Below are positions 59,964-64,000 of a stretch of 64,000 nt of DNA, piece after piece. Position 1 is the first letter of the stretch. Every line of letters begins with the position of its first letter. The translations under genes were made by a program, and so were the position numbers. The notes under the pieces are model-generated. The model made no database searches. It saw only the letters and a list, made by a program, of their open reading frames with translations, and was not told where the DNA came from. Origin of the DNA: the human T2T-CHM13v2.0 reference genome, Homo sapiens. The stretch lies in assembly GCF_009914755.1 (NCBI RefSeq), contig NC_060936.1, one strand, 5' to 3'.

Positions 59964-60630
59964 CTAATACATTTCCTCTTTCTGAAACTGCATGTGCACA
60001 TTTGTTAAAAAGGCTGGGTAAAAACTTGTTTTGAAATTCTGGTTTTGTGGGGTGGGTTTGATAAAAGGATACATGCTCACCACAAAACCTGCGAGGAAAC
60101 CTAGGGAAACCAGAAATTCCAAAAAGAGATCCCTGGGAGTTGGCCTTGAATTGCACCTGGCTTCCATCACGGTCAGCCTTGGCCTCAACAGGAGAAACCC
60201 ATTCATTGCGAGACGCGGACTCTGCTTGAATCCGGGTCCTGCAGCTGAGAGAATGGGCTGCATTTTTTTTCTCGGCTCCTCTTCCTTTCTGAAAAGGCCT
60301 CCCGCAGATCCATCTGGCTGCCTCACCCCCGATGACCTTTCCATCCTGTTCCTTTCCAAATTCCCAGGTGTACTTGTTTGAAATGTATCTGGCCCAATCG
60401 CTGAGCGTCCGCGCTGCATTTCTCCAAACTGCCCAGCAGGGGGCGGTGCTACCTCGGCTCCGCGCAGCCACGGCTTCCCGCTGGCGAACCAAGGGCGCGG
60501 AATCTGGAGAGGGCGAGGAACATCTTTCCTCCCACCTGTCCCCCGCCAAGCCTGCCAGACCCGTCTCATCCGTGCTGCTGCTTCTGAAAATCAGAAGAGT
60601 GAGGATGAAATAAAGTCTTCATAAAGGAAA
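59785..60630 (+). ncRNA. LINC01405: Probable two-exon transcript (LTR exon to 59881, intron 59882-60367, exon from 60368 to polyA at ~60630); LINC01405 from memory of the locus
   Basis: ACG|GTGAGT donor at 59882, pyrimidine-rich acceptor ...cctgttcctttccaaattcccag at 60367, AATAAA at 60609-60614; the 5' end and the gene name are recalled, not derived from the sequence. Confidence 0.6.
60415..60448 (+). promoter_or_regulatory. Strong CTCF motif (core plus upstream motif), forward orientation
   Basis: TGCATTTC-tccaaac-TGCCCAGCAGGGGGCGGTG; the core CCAGCAGGGGGCG matches consensus; CpG-rich surroundings. Confidence 0.75.
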
Positions 60631-60874
60631 ACCATTTGCTTGTTTAGATTTCATTCATTCACTACTCAAATATTTACTGAGCTCCTACTGTGTGCCAAGC
60701 CTTGTTCTAAGCCCTGGGAGTCAACAGGGAACAAAACAGACACAAATTCCAATTCCTGCCTTCCTGGAGCAGTCCTTCCTGCTGGGGGCCGGTGGGCAGG
60801 AGGTCTTAGATGACAAACGTAATAAATAAGCAAACGACCTAGGAGGTTAGAAGTTGATACCTTCTATGGAGTAA

Positions 60875-61560
<686 letters not shown>

Positions 61561-62734
61561 AAGACACAATTTTAAATCGAGCGGTCAGGAAGCCTCCTGG
61601 AGAAAATGACGTTTGAACAAAGACATGAAGAAAGTGGAGAATATTTGGAGAAAAGCATTTCAGGCAGAGGAAAGTGCCAGGGCAGAGGCCCCGAGGTGAG
61701 ACTGTGCTAGCATGTTATTTAGTTTTTAGTTTTAAAAAGTGCAAAATAATATCCATTTACTGTGGGAAAATTAGACATTAAAAAAATCACTTCCTGTCCC
61801 TCTACCCAGAAATAACTGGTAACATGGTGGTGTATATTTTTGTGTTCTATTTTTAAGCATACACACATACATACGTGTGTGTGTATATTATATGTATTTT
61901 TTTTACAAAAATTGGGGTCATACCATCATACGGTTTCATAACCACTTATTTGCCTAATAATATAACAAGGCAATCATTCCATGTCAATAAATATTGATCC
62001 ACATCATTACTGAAACGGTTGTAGAATGTTCCATCTCACAGATGTTCGGGATTTATTCAACCATTCCCCCACTAATGGGCATTTAGGTGATCTTCCCAAT
62101 TATAAATAGCGATGCAGCCACCATTCTTGTAAAATTTCTACACTGTCTGAGTATCCAATTATTTCCTTCGGATGTGCTTCTAGAGTGGGAATGTTGGAGC
62201 AAAGGTTGTGCACTTTGCTCAACAGTCTGTGAGGCCTGCGTGTTTCTCAAGAGGGTTTGGGAGGGTTTCAGGGGGACCCTATAGCAGCCTGAGAATGTTT
62301 CATTTGGCAGGAAATCACCTTTTCTGAAGAGAAATGAGTACCCTACCACATTGCCAGGGCTTGCCTCTGTAGGGCTGGTCGTTTGGGTAATTTTAATTTT
62401 CTTCTTTATTCATTTCTATATTGTATTTTCGGTATTGGACATGCATTGCTTTTTGTATTAATTTTTCTAATGAAAGCAATTTTTCTTGTTATAAAAACCA
62501 AACACAAGAGAAGTACGTACAGTAGAAAGAAAAGGCCCACATCTCCCCAGAAGTTGCCCGGGTTCATTTTGTGTGTTCACCTGCTAGACATGGTTCAGCT
62601 CCTGCATAAGTTTTGTTATGGGAATTTTCCCTCAGTAGGAAGAAAATACTGTCATAAAAATAAAAAAATTTAAATAAAATTAGTATCATGTTACACGTTA
62701 AAAAAACCTCCAAAAGGGTTCGTTTAAAACATGA

Positions 62735-63084
<350 letters not shown>

Positions 63085-63110
63085 CCTATCTTAGAAATTG
63101 TTCCCTATAG

Positions 63111-63428
<318 letters not shown>

Positions 63429-64000
63429 TGAGCCATCATGCCCAGCCTGCCTTGTTCTTTTTAATTGATGCAGCAATTTTCATTATGTAAAGGTCACATG
63501 AGTTATTTATTTGATCCCCTATGATGGATAGCTGGGTTGTTTTGCCATTAAAACAATGATACATGGAACATCTCCATGCTCTAGTCTATGATGAGAGCAG
63601 GACCGGGCTGAGCAGGGCTGAGAGGGCCCACAGCCTCCATCAGGCTCACCTCTCAGCTGCATGACTACAGTAGCTCAGCTAGCCTCTCAGAGCCTCAGTT
63701 TCCACATCTGCCAAATGGGTACAATCACAGTTCCCACTTCACGGTTTTGTGAAGATTAAGTGGCCAATGTTTATAAGTGTGTGGCACAGGACTTGCCACA
63801 TCGTACATTCTCAGGACATTGTAACTAATATTTCTGGTGGGTATTTCCGTCATTTCATTTCCATGAGTGGCTAGCTTGAGAGAAGTCCAACTGTACCAAT
63901 TTTACAGGTAAAGAAGTTGAAGAAAAAGGGTACACACAAGCCAGGTCACCTAACCCATAACCCATGCATGGCAAAGAACTTGCCCAGGGCTGCACCATGT

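Noticed and set aside
59956-60569. Two ~200-aa ORFs on the - strand opposite the candidate transcript
   Set aside because: The splice and polyA signals I could find are on the + strand, and there is no recognisable homology; kept only as a caveat that this GC-rich patch is stop-poor

Overview
Primate genomic DNA, almost certainly human chr12q24.11, and very Alu-rich. The + strand carries the last seven coding exons of CCDC63 (ODAD1/ODA-DC2-family coiled-coil protein). Together they give 1203 nt = 400 aa + stop, in frame across all GT-AG junctions, with the stop at 30657-30659 and AATAAA at 30699. The - strand carries the complete seven-exon MYL2 gene (ventricular/slow regulatory myosin light chain, 166 aa; ATG 43712, stop 34260, polyA signal 34042-34047) and its HF-1/MEF2/E-box promoter. 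The two genes lie tail-to-tail, 3.3 kb apart. The ~20 kb upstream of MYL2 contains a 122-bp fold-back hairpin (48008-48129) and a dense muscle-type motif cluster ending in a TATA box that points away from MYL2 (54485-54813). It also holds the best candidate for something novel: a solo THE1 LTR (59615-59963, perfect CTAAT target-site duplication) whose splice donor can join a downstream exon. That exon encodes a 76-aa ORF with a mitochondrial-presequence-like N-terminus; the ORF overlaps a strong CTCF motif and its stop codon lies inside the AATAAA. From memory this is the LINC01405 locus. The remainder is SINE/LINE/LTR/DNA-transposon remnants and simple repeats. There are no prokaryotic features or CRISPR arrays. 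Repeat-family names come from recalled consensus sequences and their boundaries are approximate.
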